DNA of 63,199 bases from Lachnospiraceae bacterium. GTDB taxonomy: Bacteria > Bacillota > Clostridia > Lachnospirales > Lachnospiraceae. The notes below the pieces were generated by a model. That model was not told the origin of the DNA. It did no database searches and was given only the letters and a program-made list of their open reading frames with translations. Of the stretch, positions 9,901 through 18,333 are shown piece after piece (position 1 is the first letter of the stretch; each line of letters begins with the position of its first letter). The position numbers were made by a program, and so were the translations under genes. The DNA is taken from positions 1-63,199 of the forward strand of contig JAGBOJ010000008.1 of the NCBI GenBank assembly GCA_017633935.1, written 5' to 3'.

Positions 9901-10419
9901 GACCTTTACTGCAAGATGTTAGACACTGCGATAAAGCAGGAGAAGGGTGAAGAGATAAAGCCGGAATTTACGACCTGTCTCTACATGGATACGGATGCGT
10001 ACATACCGAATACCTATGTGAGGAATGAAAACCTGAAGCTGGATCTTTACAAGAGGATAGCTGCCATAGAGACCGAGGAAGAGGCTGCCGACATGGAAGA
10101 AGAGTTTAACGACCGCTTCGGCAAACTTCCCCAGCCGGCAAAAAATCTCATTAAGATAGCCTTGCTCCGCTCAAGGGCACACTCGCTTTTTATAGAAAAT
10201 ATGGAGTGTGACAGCAGACATATAAGGATAGATATATATGAAAAGGCAGGGATAGACCCTGCCAATATAGCTCCCATGCTTGAAGCCTTTGACGGAAGGA
10301 TGTCCTTTAAGACAAGAGGGAAGCCGTACTTTTTATATGAGATAGCGCATGACAACGAGGAGCCGCTTACCGAGCTTTGCGATAAGGTGCTCGACGGGAT
10401 GAGTATCTTAATGAGGTAA
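6904..10419 (+). CDS. mfd: Transcription-repair coupling factor
   Basis: 1171 aa; UvrB-like N-terminus (FAVRGGIIDIFP), GDVGFGKTEVA, DEEQRFG, TATPIPRT and QLRGRVGR. Confidence 0.97.
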   Translation: MRSFTEPIKELGIFNDLKKAVRSKGITDIDGCTDGVGTFIRYALKPDGISLIVADSDASAREIADENLLFTRNVFYYPARDIIFYESDLNGNLLTTDRLNVIRAINEYKEGDCLVVVTTFDALMEKLPPLESVTGNIIRISIGDSIDTGELSRRLVRCGYEKNAEAEAAGQFAVRGGIIDIFPLTDVNPVRIELWGDEVDSIRAFDAMSQRSIEKLDNITVYPASEIIIDEDIKQDALIKIREEGKKRESFLRKQMLTQEAHRIKTAVDIFTEELEEYGTVSNPAGLIGYFYENTVTLPDYFPEDISVILDEPSRLEEKGRLTQKEFEETMIHRLEGGYVLAGQTDIMESVRSVFAKLTGYSCLAFSTLNTRHEFYEARERYSLSSRPVNAYNRSFEMLVSDLKKQRKNGFRTIILSPSHTRAKHIASDLTDNGIPAFYSEEEDRQLLKSEVMTAYGGIRHGFELPDIGFLVISESDIFGVKKKKRKRHVPYEGTRIADFTDLTIGDYVVHEAHGIGIYRGIEHIEIDGIIRDYVRIEYAGNSFVNVIASNLESLQKFASADSEKRIKLNKIGTNEWNKTRQRVKASVEGVAKNLVALYAERSLNKGFVYGPDTVWQQEFEEMFPYEETEDQERAIRDVKRDMQSSRIMDRLICGDVGFGKTEVAIRAAFKAVQEGKQAAFLVPTTILAEQHYNTFVQRMSAYPVRVELLCRFRTASQQKETIRKLKSGLVDIVIGTHRLLSKDVGFKDLGLLVIDEEQRFGVTHKERIKEMRKNVDVLTLTATPIPRTLHMSLVGIRDMSLLEEAPQDRLPIQTFVMEYNDEMVREAISRELTRGGQVYYVYNRINDIADVTARIRQLVPDATVEYAHGRMDERNLENIMLDFIKGDIDVLVSTTIIETGLDIPNVNTMIIHDSDRMGLAQLYQLRGRVGRSNRTSYAFLMYRKDMLLKETAEKRLAAIREFTDLGSGFKIAMKDLEIRGAGNVLGAEQSGHMAEVGYDLYCKMLDTAIKQEKGEEIKPEFTTCLYMDTDAYIPNTYVRNENLKLDLYKRIAAIETEEEAADMEEEFNDRFGKLPQPAKNLIKIALLRSRAHSLFIENMECDSRHIRIDIYEKAGIDPANIAPMLEAFDGRMSFKTRGKPYFLYEIAHDNEEPLTELCDKVLDGMSILMR

Positions 10420-10426
10420 ATAAGTC

Positions 10427-11893
10427 TCAGTCAAAGGTCTTTCCTTCCACGGACATTTCGTTGAGAAGATTTATCTTCATATCATACAGCTTCTGCGACA
10501 GATCCACATAGATCATATGCGGATTGACGAGTCTGCGCGTCTCATCCCAGAGCGTATCAAGCTCCTTTAAGCAGAAATCCCTCATTTCCATAACGGAAGG
10601 AGAGGTATAGATACACCTGCCGTCCTTAAAGACAGGTATCATGATCTCCCTTAATGTAAACTGCCCGGGCTTTAAGCGTGTTTTCTTCCACGGTTCATGA
10701 GGATCGAAAAGAAGTATCTCGCTGTCTTCCGTGAAGGTTTCTTCTTCAAGGCAGATAAGGTCGGCCTTTACCTTCTTTTCCTCATCATAGATCCTGTAGA
10801 TCTTCTTGTTTCCCGGATTGGTCACCTTCTCGCTGTTTTCCGAAAGCTTGATCTTCGGAATGAAGGTGCCGTTTTCATCCTGAACGGCAGCCAGCTTGTA
10901 TACACCGCCGAAGGCGGGCCAGTCCTTTGAGGTGATCAGATTTGTACCCACACCCCAGCTTGTGATCTTTGCACCCTGTGCCTTAAGAGAATCGATAAGG
11001 AATTCGTCAAGATCGTTGCTGGCTGAGATTATGGCATCGGGGAAGCCCGCATCATCGAGCATTTTTCTTGCCTTCTTTGACAGATAGGCAAGGTCTCCGG
11101 AATCAAAGCGCACACCGTACTGCTTAGGATGAATGCCCTTGTCCTTAAGCTCCTGAAATACCTTTATTGCATTGGGAACACCACTCTTTAAGGAATCATA
11201 GGTGTCTGCAATGAGCAGGCAGGAATCGGGATATATCTCCGCGTATTTTCTGAAGGCGGTAAGCTCATCCGGAAAGCTCATTACCCATGAATGGGCATTC
11301 GTACCCTTAACGGGGACATCAAAAAGCTGGCCGCACAGTACGTTTGAGGTTCCGATACAGCCGCCTATCATGGCTGCTCTTGCCCCGTAGATACCGGCAT
11401 CGGGTCCCTGGGCACGCCGCAGACCGAATTCCATGACTCCGTCACCGCGTGAAGCATAGCATACACGCGAGGTCTTTGTGGCAATGAGAGACTGGTGGTT
11501 GATTATATTGAGAAGAGCCGTCTCAACAAGCTGTGCCTGCATGATGGGAGCCATGACCTTTACGATGGGCTCTCTGGGGAAGATTACTTCTCCTTCGGGA
11601 ATAGACCATATGGAGCCGGTAAATCTGAAGTTTTTAAGATACTCCAGAAAATCGTCCCGGAATATCCCGAGGGATCTGAGGTATTCGATATCCTCCGCCT
11701 CAAACCGGAGATTTTTTATATAGTCTATGACCTGCTCGAGTCCGGCCATAATAGCGTAACCGCTTTCCATCGGGTTTGTGCGGTAGAACATATCGAAGAT
11801 TACCGTGCGGTTGGCATTTTCGTTCTTAAAATATCCCTGCATCATTGTCAGCTCGTAAAGATCGGTCAGTAAAGTTAGATTTTGTCTGTCCAT
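10427..11893 (-). CDS. pncB: Nicotinate phosphoribosyltransferase
   Basis: LLTDLYELTM, EFGLRRAQG, GTNAHSWV, RFDSGDL, SNDLDE and GVYKL. Confidence 0.94.
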   Translation of the reverse strand: MDRQNLTLLTDLYELTMMQGYFKNENANRTVIFDMFYRTNPMESGYAIMAGLEQVIDYIKNLRFEAEDIEYLRSLGIFRDDFLEYLKNFRFTGSIWSIPEGEVIFPREPIVKVMAPIMQAQLVETALLNIINHQSLIATKTSRVCYASRGDGVMEFGLRRAQGPDAGIYGARAAMIGGCIGTSNVLCGQLFDVPVKGTNAHSWVMSFPDELTAFRKYAEIYPDSCLLIADTYDSLKSGVPNAIKVFQELKDKGIHPKQYGVRFDSGDLAYLSKKARKMLDDAGFPDAIISASNDLDEFLIDSLKAQGAKITSWGVGTNLITSKDWPAFGGVYKLAAVQDENGTFIPKIKLSENSEKVTNPGNKKIYRIYDEEKKVKADLICLEEETFTEDSEILLFDPHEPWKKTRLKPGQFTLREIMIPVFKDGRCIYTSPSVMEMRDFCLKELDTLWDETRRLVNPHMIYVDLSQKLYDMKINLLNEMSVEGKTFD

Positions 11894-11966
11894 TTTTTTT
11901 CCTTTCTGTTTTAGGATATGTGCAAAGATCCTGCGTAATTTTGTAAATCTATTTGTGCACAGCTCC

Positions 11967-12857
11967 TTATTTTACTCTGTTTATCATGCTTTTGATCAGT
12001 TCACCAAGAAAAACGCTGTCGTAAGGCAGTGACATAAGCTTCAAAAGAGCTCTGTTTGAGACGGAATCCACCTCTTCTTCGGCTTTTTTTATGCCCAGAT
12101 ATTTAACATAGGTGTTTTTTCCGTTCTTATCATCGCTTCCGGCCGGCTTTCCGAGGGTTTCGGTGGTACCCGTCACATCAAGGATATCATCGCGGATCTG
12201 AAAAGCAAAGCCTACATCTGCGGCTATTGCTTCAATGACAGTTACCTCTTCCTTATCAGCGCCGGCAAGGACGGCCCCGATCATCATTGATGCCTCTATC
12301 AGAGCGCCGCATTTTTTGTGGTGTATAAAATCGAGCGTCTCAAGAGGAATGGTCTTATTTTCGGTCTCAACATCAACCACCTGGCCTCCTATCATACCGT
12401 ACAGGCCGGCTTTTCTGCCAAATATTCCGAGTGCTCCTGCTATCTGCTTCGAAGCGGAGGGCTTTATTGAAAATGCCTTAAAAGCAGTCTCAAAGGCATA
12501 ATTTAACAGCGCATCACCGGCAAGTATGCCAATAGCTTCACCGAACATAGCATGTGTGCTCTTTATACCGCGGCGGTATTCGTCGTTATCAAGAGCAGGC
12601 AGGTCATCGTGAACGAGGGAATAGGCCTGTATCATTTCCATTGCGGCTATAAAAGGCTCTATAACCTCATCTTTTCCGCCGAACATTTTATAGGTCTCGG
12701 ACATCAGAATCGCCCTTATCCTTTTTCCGCCGGACATTACGCTGTAATGCATCGCATCGATCACGGTTTTTTGCGGTCCTTCAGCCGGAGGGAGATATTT
12801 TAGCAGTATATCATTGACATAGCCGACTCTTTCCGACAGTTCTTTGTTAAAATCCAT
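11967..12857 (-). CDS. ispA: Polyprenyl synthetase (geranyltranstransferase / FPP synthase)
   Basis: GGKRIR, SLVHDDLPALDND, GQVVD, FQIRDDILD and GKPAGSD. Start placed at ATG 12857 after AAGGAG; the ORF track extends it to GTG 12887. Confidence 0.9.
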   Translation of the reverse strand: MDFNKELSERVGYVNDILLKYLPPAEGPQKTVIDAMHYSVMSGGKRIRAILMSETYKMFGGKDEVIEPFIAAMEMIQAYSLVHDDLPALDNDEYRRGIKSTHAMFGEAIGILAGDALLNYAFETAFKAFSIKPSASKQIAGALGIFGRKAGLYGMIGGQVVDVETENKTIPLETLDFIHHKKCGALIEASMMIGAVLAGADKEEVTVIEAIAADVGFAFQIRDDILDVTGTTETLGKPAGSDDKNGKNTYVKYLGIKKAEEEVDSVSNRALLKLMSLPYDSVFLGELIKSMINRVK

Positions 12858-12873
12858 GGCAGATATCATCTCC

Positions 12874-14121
12874 TTAATCAGTGGCACCGAAGCCCTGTAT
12901 TGTAAATTTTTTGTCCCTGTACCCTTCGGGGATCGTGATCCTTACGTGGTGCAGGCGGCTTTTGCTTTCATTTATAAGAAGCTTTGTGTTGCAGTGAACC
13001 CAGTCGTTTTCATGAGGATCAAGGGTGCGGATAAATTTATTATCCACATAGACCTCTGCCTGTGTGAAGGACTCATCGGGAGTGTCCTTAAACATAACGA
13101 CAAGATTTTTGCAGTAAAGCTCCATCGTAAGATCTTCGGTATATCCCGTGCCGTCATACATCATATTGTAAGGCATAACGGGAAAAACAGCATCATTTTG
13201 ATCGAACTGTGCAAGCTGTACATCATTATCCGTGCCGGTAAAGCTGCCGGGACAGATACAGGCACCGCAGGGATTGTCTTTTTTATCTATAAGGAAGCCG
13301 TTTTCATAGGATGCTCCCCAAAGAGGAGCGCCTTCGGCGTCACAGTCACCGCCGGCATCATCAAAGCTTCCGTCCTTAAAGGTCTTAAAGAAGTTTATCA
13401 GACAGTCTGCCATAATTGTATGTCCGTCATTAGAGGGATGATAAAAATCAAAAAAGAAACGATCCCTTGTTATAAAAGGGGATGCATCGTTAAATTGCCG
13501 GGAAACGGCATTTTTTACACTGACCATCGGAAGTCCGTAATGCTGTCCGACTGCACCGTATTTTTCCTGAAGATTAAAATCATCCATAAATAAGGCAAAA
13601 AGCAGGATCACGGCAGGCTTTGACGGAAGATTTAAAAAACGTCTTACAAGGCTTTCATAAGCAACTCCGTCTGTCTCGTCTATGTCATCATTAACCGCAA
13701 ATTCGATTATGACCACATCGGGATCGCCGCATCTTAACACATCCCTGCCTGCCCTGAAAACGCCGAATTCGGAAGGAGTACCCCCGATACCGGCTTTGCA
13801 CAATCTCACATTTCCGTTTTTTGAAAAAAGCTCTGTAAAGCCCCTGAAGGTTTTATACGCATAGCATTCGCTGACCTGAGGCTCGGCTCCGGCTCCCTGT
13901 GTGATCGAACCGCCTATAAAGGCTATCGTAACGGCTTTGCCGGCTTCCGCCTTTTTTACGGCTTTTTCAAAACGAGCGGTGCTGCCCATGCTTAAAAGGC
14001 TGTCACGGAGCATGGCTTTATAGGAGTCTGAGGAAAAATCAAGGGCACCTTCCGATCCGTTTATCTTATTTCGACTGATCCCGTTTATCTCGGGGTCTTT
14101 CGGGGCTTTTTTTTCTGACAT
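12874..14121 (-). CDS. SGNH/GDSL-family esterase, possibly a carbohydrate deacetylase
   Basis: Blocks FIGGSIT (Ser), GIGGT, EFAVND and DFYHP; C-terminal beta-rich domain; no signal peptide. Confidence 0.85.
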   Translation of the reverse strand: MSEKKAPKDPEINGISRNKINGSEGALDFSSDSYKAMLRDSLLSMGSTARFEKAVKKAEAGKAVTIAFIGGSITQGAGAEPQVSECYAYKTFRGFTELFSKNGNVRLCKAGIGGTPSEFGVFRAGRDVLRCGDPDVVIIEFAVNDDIDETDGVAYESLVRRFLNLPSKPAVILLFALFMDDFNLQEKYGAVGQHYGLPMVSVKNAVSRQFNDASPFITRDRFFFDFYHPSNDGHTIMADCLINFFKTFKDGSFDDAGGDCDAEGAPLWGASYENGFLIDKKDNPCGACICPGSFTGTDNDVQLAQFDQNDAVFPVMPYNMMYDGTGYTEDLTMELYCKNLVVMFKDTPDESFTQAEVYVDNKFIRTLDPHENDWVHCNTKLLINESKSRLHHVRITIPEGYRDKKFTIQGFGATD

Positions 14122-14137
14122 GGCTCCTCCTGTTTAA

Positions 14138-14169
14138 TTGACTTTTATTATTCACACGGTTATTATAAT
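14138..14169 (+). promoter_or_regulatory. Promoter for the HD-GYP gene, probably leaderless; -10 region shared with the divergent gene
   Basis: TTGACT (14138-14143), 17-bp spacer, TATTAT (14161-14166), placing +1 near the ATG at 14173; no SD before that ATG. Confidence 0.45.
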
Positions 14170-14172
14170 CCT

Positions 14173-15360
14173 ATGAGTGAACAAATGAAACACAAATTGA
14201 GATTAAGAGTATCGGCTGCTGCGTTTGCTCTTCTTGCGGCGCTGCTTTTTTTGCTGTTTTTTTATCATAATAATATAACAAAAAGAGAGTATGCGGTAAA
14301 CAGTGAGGATAAAAACTCTTCGGGTGCCATATATCTTGAATATGACATGACAAAGAGCTGGAATGAGGACGGAAAGTTCAGAAGAGGCGCAGAATATGAT
14401 TTTGTTATAAAAAACAACACTCATAATGACATATACGGATGGTTTGTGACCCTTCATATGGATAAAAATTACGAGATAGACAGCAGTTGGAACGGAGAGT
14501 TTGTGATGGACGGCAGTTATATCCTCGTAAAGCCCGCAGATTACAATGAGCGGGTGGAGAAGGAGGACGAGCAGACCTTCGGCTTTGTTGCGCATACAGC
14601 AGGCGAGGCACATATAGATTCCTATGAGATAATATACCACAGGGAATCAAATATTTTTGCAAACCCGCTTTTCTGGCTGATCATAGCGAGTATGCTCGTT
14701 ATTATCGTTATAAATATAGTTGATTTTTATTTTACCCACAAGCTGGATGTGCTTCAGAGAAGACATGATGAGAACAGAAAGGTCCTTGAGCAGTCGTTCA
14801 ACACCTTTGCCAAGATAATCGATGCAAAGGATTCCTATACGAAGGGACATTCCATGAGAGTTGCCATTTACGCAAGACTTATAGCCGAGGAAATGGGAAT
14901 GTCCAAGGAAGAGCAGGACAGGATATATCTTATAGGGATGATGCATGATATCGGAAAGATAGGCGTTACTGATGTGATATTAAATAAACCCGGACAGTTA
15001 ACGAATTATGAAAGAGATGTGATCCAGACACATGTTGATGTGGGAGGGGAGATATTAAAGGATTTTACCTCTATCCCGGATATTGCCGACGGAGCGCAGT
15101 ATCACCATGAAAGATGGGACGGGAGCGGATATTCAAAGCACCTTAAGGGAGAAGAGATACCTCTTATAGCAAGGATCATCTGCGTGGCGGATTCCTTTGA
15201 TGCGATGTCGAGCGTAAGATGCTACAGAAAAAGCCTGTCTATGGAACAGATAAAATATGAATTCAAGACCTGCAGCGGAAGACAGTTTGATCCGGAGATA
15301 GTTCCGTATATGATAAAACTGATAAATGAAGAAAAAGTACCCGTAGCGGTGGACATCTGA
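14173..15360 (+). CDS. Membrane protein: TM, CBM2-like domain, TM, HD-GYP phosphodiesterase
   Basis: Hydrophobic segments at aa ~13-31 and ~165-187. Between them SW..G.EY.F.IKN.....I.GW...SSWNG...VKP.DYN...FGF (CBM2 pattern). After them KDSYTKGHSMRV, HDIGKIG and HHERWDGSGYS...IPLIARIICVADSFDAM. Confidence 0.85.
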   Translation: MSEQMKHKLRLRVSAAAFALLAALLFLLFFYHNNITKREYAVNSEDKNSSGAIYLEYDMTKSWNEDGKFRRGAEYDFVIKNNTHNDIYGWFVTLHMDKNYEIDSSWNGEFVMDGSYILVKPADYNERVEKEDEQTFGFVAHTAGEAHIDSYEIIYHRESNIFANPLFWLIIASMLVIIVINIVDFYFTHKLDVLQRRHDENRKVLEQSFNTFAKIIDAKDSYTKGHSMRVAIYARLIAEEMGMSKEEQDRIYLIGMMHDIGKIGVTDVILNKPGQLTNYERDVIQTHVDVGGEILKDFTSIPDIADGAQYHHERWDGSGYSKHLKGEEIPLIARIICVADSFDAMSSVRCYRKSLSMEQIKYEFKTCSGRQFDPEIVPYMIKLINEEKVPVAVDI

Positions 15361-15415
15361 AATAACCGGTGTCCTGCAGGGAGCAAGGCTGATACCGGAA
15401 AAAGACCGGATACAA

Positions 15416-16384
15416 GTGATGATAACCGTAAGTGCCTGTCTGATAGTAAAAAATGAAGAAAAGGTATTGAAAAGATGTCTTGAGTGTCTTAAGACGATCG
15501 CCGATGAGATCGTGATCGTAGATACGGGTTCAACTGACGGCACAAAAGAGACAGCCGCACAGTATACGGATAAAATATACGATTTTGAATGGGTCGATAA
15601 TTTTTCTGCAGCGAGAAACTATGCGTTCAGTCTGTGTACGATGGATTATATCTATTCCGCGGATGCAGACGAGATCATAGATGAAGAAAACATCCGTGCA
15701 TTTACGGAGCTGAAGCGCATACTGTCTTATGATGTCGAGATAGTGCAGATGGTATATAAGAACCAGTTTGAATACAACACCACCTATAATTTCGACAGTG
15801 AGCTGCGGCCGAAGCTGTATAAAAGACTGAGAACCTTTAAGTGGGAAGGAAGGGTTCATGAGGCGGTAGAGACCGCACCCGTGATCCTTGACAGTGAGAT
15901 CGAGATCGTTCATAAGCCGGAAGGACTGCACAGCGGAAGGGACTTCGGATTATTTAAAAAGGCGATAATGCTTGACGGGGGACTTTCAAAGAGGCTTCGT
16001 AAAATGTACGCAAGGGAGCTTGCGGTATCGGGAACGGATGAGGATTTTGCCGATGCATCCGATTATTTTGGGAAGGCAGCGGAGGAGGAGACGGATGAAG
16101 ACAGCCTGAAAGAAGACCTGTATGTGCTTATGAGGGCTTCAAGGGTTAAGAAGGATGATTTAAGCTTTATGAAGTATTCCCACAGAGCGCTTGCCATAGG
16201 CGCGACATCCGAGACGGCTTATGAGCTGGGAGAGTTTTACAGGCTGCGGGGAGATGAAAGAGAAGCAGAAATCTGGTATTATAACGCATTGCATGAGACA
16301 ACACCAGTATTAAACATAAAATACGGCGGAGAATACGCTGAAAAAAATATTTCGGTAATCACTGGAGAAGGAGAGGAAAAATGA
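15416..16384 (+). CDS. GT2 glycosyltransferase with C-terminal TPR-like helices
   Basis: SACLIVKNEE, VDTGSTDGT, FSAARN, DADE and GRVHE; TPR-like AYELGEFY...AEIWYYNAL. Confidence 0.88.
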   Translation: MMITVSACLIVKNEEKVLKRCLECLKTIADEIVIVDTGSTDGTKETAAQYTDKIYDFEWVDNFSAARNYAFSLCTMDYIYSADADEIIDEENIRAFTELKRILSYDVEIVQMVYKNQFEYNTTYNFDSELRPKLYKRLRTFKWEGRVHEAVETAPVILDSEIEIVHKPEGLHSGRDFGLFKKAIMLDGGLSKRLRKMYARELAVSGTDEDFADASDYFGKAAEEETDEDSLKEDLYVLMRASRVKKDDLSFMKYSHRALAIGATSETAYELGEFYRLRGDEREAEIWYYNALHETTPVLNIKYGGEYAEKNISVITGEGEEK

Positions 16385-17460
16385 TCACATATCTTGTAAC
16401 GGGAGGAGCCGGCTTTATCGGTTCAAATTTCATCCATTATATGTTTGAAAAATACGGTGACGACATCAGGATAATCAATGTCGACGCTCTCACCTACGCC
16501 GGAAATCCGGAGAACCTGAAGAGTGTTGCCGGCAGAGAGAATTATTCCTTTATTAAGGCGGATATCAGAAACAGCGATGAGATAAATAAGATATTTGCCG
16601 AAAATGATATCGACAGGGTGGTGCATTTTGCGGCGGAATCGCATGTAGACAGGAGCATAAAGAATCCCGGGATATTTGTGGAAACAAATGTACTCGGAAC
16701 CTGTGTGATGCTTAACGCGGCAAGGGCTGCATGGGAAAATGAGGACGGGAGCTATAAGGAGGGAAAGAAGTTCCTTCATGTCTCGACAGATGAGGTATAC
16801 GGTTCGTTAAGCGATCCCAAAGACTATTTTTACGAAACCACACCCTACAGTCCGCACAGTCCGTACTCAGCCAGCAAGGCATCATCGGATATGCTCGTAA
16901 AGTCATATGTGGATACGTATCATTTTCCCGCAAACATCACGAACTGCTCAAACAATTACGGACCTTACCAGTTTCCGGAAAAGCTCATTCCGCTTATGAT
17001 AAACAATGCGCTTACTGGAAAGAAAATGCCGGTATACGGCGACGGGAAGAATGTCCGCGACTGGCTTTATGTGGCAGATCACTGCAAGGGTATCGATATG
17101 GTCATAAATAAGGGACGCATGGGCGAGACCTATAATATCGGAGGACATAACGAAAAACAGAATATCGATATTGTTAATATAATAATAGATACGCTGCTTG
17201 AGATACTTCCGGAGGATGATGAAAGAAGAAAGAACGTATCAAAGGAGCTTATAACCTATGTGGAGGACAGAAAGGGTCACGACAGAAGGTATGCCATAGC
17301 GCCGGACAAGATCAAATCAGAGCTTGGCTGGGAGCCGGATACGAAATTTGAAGACGGTATAAAGAAGACGATCAAATGGTATCTTGAAAACGAAGAGTGG
17401 TTTAAGAATGTAACAAGCGGCGATTACTTAAAGTATTATGAAAAGATGTATAAGGTGTGA
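16381..17460 (+). CDS. rmlB: dTDP-glucose 4,6-dehydratase
   Basis: TGGAGFIGSNF, HFAAESHVDRSI, STDEVYG, YSASKA and DRKGHDRRYA. Confidence 0.96.
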   Translation: MITYLVTGGAGFIGSNFIHYMFEKYGDDIRIINVDALTYAGNPENLKSVAGRENYSFIKADIRNSDEINKIFAENDIDRVVHFAAESHVDRSIKNPGIFVETNVLGTCVMLNAARAAWENEDGSYKEGKKFLHVSTDEVYGSLSDPKDYFYETTPYSPHSPYSASKASSDMLVKSYVDTYHFPANITNCSNNYGPYQFPEKLIPLMINNALTGKKMPVYGDGKNVRDWLYVADHCKGIDMVINKGRMGETYNIGGHNEKQNIDIVNIIIDTLLEILPEDDERRKNVSKELITYVEDRKGHDRRYAIAPDKIKSELGWEPDTKFEDGIKKTIKWYLENEEWFKNVTSGDYLKYYEKMYKV

Positions 17461-17463
17461 GGT

Positions 17464-18333
17464 ATGAAAGGTATTATTCTTGCCGGAGGGTCCGGCACAA
17501 GACTTTATCCTTTGACAAAGGCTGTCTCCAAGCAGATGATGCCGGTATATGATAAGCCCATGATCTATTATCCTCTTTCCACGCTGATGCTTGCGGGGAT
17601 AAGGGAGATACTTATTATATCAACTCCGAGGGATCTCCCTATGTTCGAGGAGCTTTTCGGAGACGGAAGCCAGCTTGGGCTTGATATTTCATACAAAGAG
17701 CAGAAGGAGCCGAAGGGTTTGGCGGAGGCTTTTATCATCGGGGAGGAATTTATCGCAGATGACAATGTGGCAATGGTCCTCGGAGACAATATCTTTTACG
17801 GGCAAAGCTTCAGCAAAACCTTAAGGAGTGCGGCTTCAAGGGAAAAAGGAGCCACTATTTTCGGGTATTACGTAAAGGACCCGAGAGAGTACGGAGTGGT
17901 TGAATTTGATGAGGAGGGCAGGGCGATCTCCATAGAGGAAAAGCCGGCTGAGCCGAAGTCAAATTATGCGGTGCCCGGACTTTATTTTTACGACAACGAT
18001 GTGGTCGAAATCGCAAAAAACGTTAAGCCATCCGCAAGAGGTGAGCTTGAGATCACAAGTATAAACAATGAATACTTAAAACGAGGGGATCTGTATGTGG
18101 AAACACTCGGACGCGGATTTGCATGGCTTGATACCGGAAATCACGACAGTCTGCTGGATGCCGCGGATTTTGTGGCGGCATTTCAGAAGAGACAGGGCCT
18201 TTACATCTCCTGCATAGAAGAGATCGCTTACAAAAAAGGATTTATAGACAGGGAGCAGCTTATAAGATTGTCCGGGGCGTTAAAAAAGACGGCATACGGT
18301 CAGTATCTTGAAGATATAGCCAATGGGTTATAA
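17464..18333 (+). CDS. rmlA: Glucose-1-phosphate thymidylyltransferase
   Basis: [31 protein letters not shown] and WLDTG. Confidence 0.97.
   Translation: MKGIILAGGSGTRLYPLTKAVSKQMMPVYDKPMIYYPLSTLMLAGIREILIISTPRDLPMFEELFGDGSQLGLDISYKEQKEPKGLAEAFIIGEEFIADDNVAMVLGDNIFYGQSFSKTLRSAASREKGATIFGYYVKDPREYGVVEFDEEGRAISIEEKPAEPKSNYAVPGLYFYDNDVVEIAKNVKPSARGELEITSINNEYLKRGDLYVETLGRGFAWLDTGNHDSLLDAADFVAAFQKRQGLYISCIEEIAYKKGFIDREQLIRLSGALKKTAYGQYLEDIANGL

Noticed and set aside
12844-13593. 249-aa ORF on the plus strand
   Set aside because: Antisense shadow of the SGNH esterase; no recognisable motifs.
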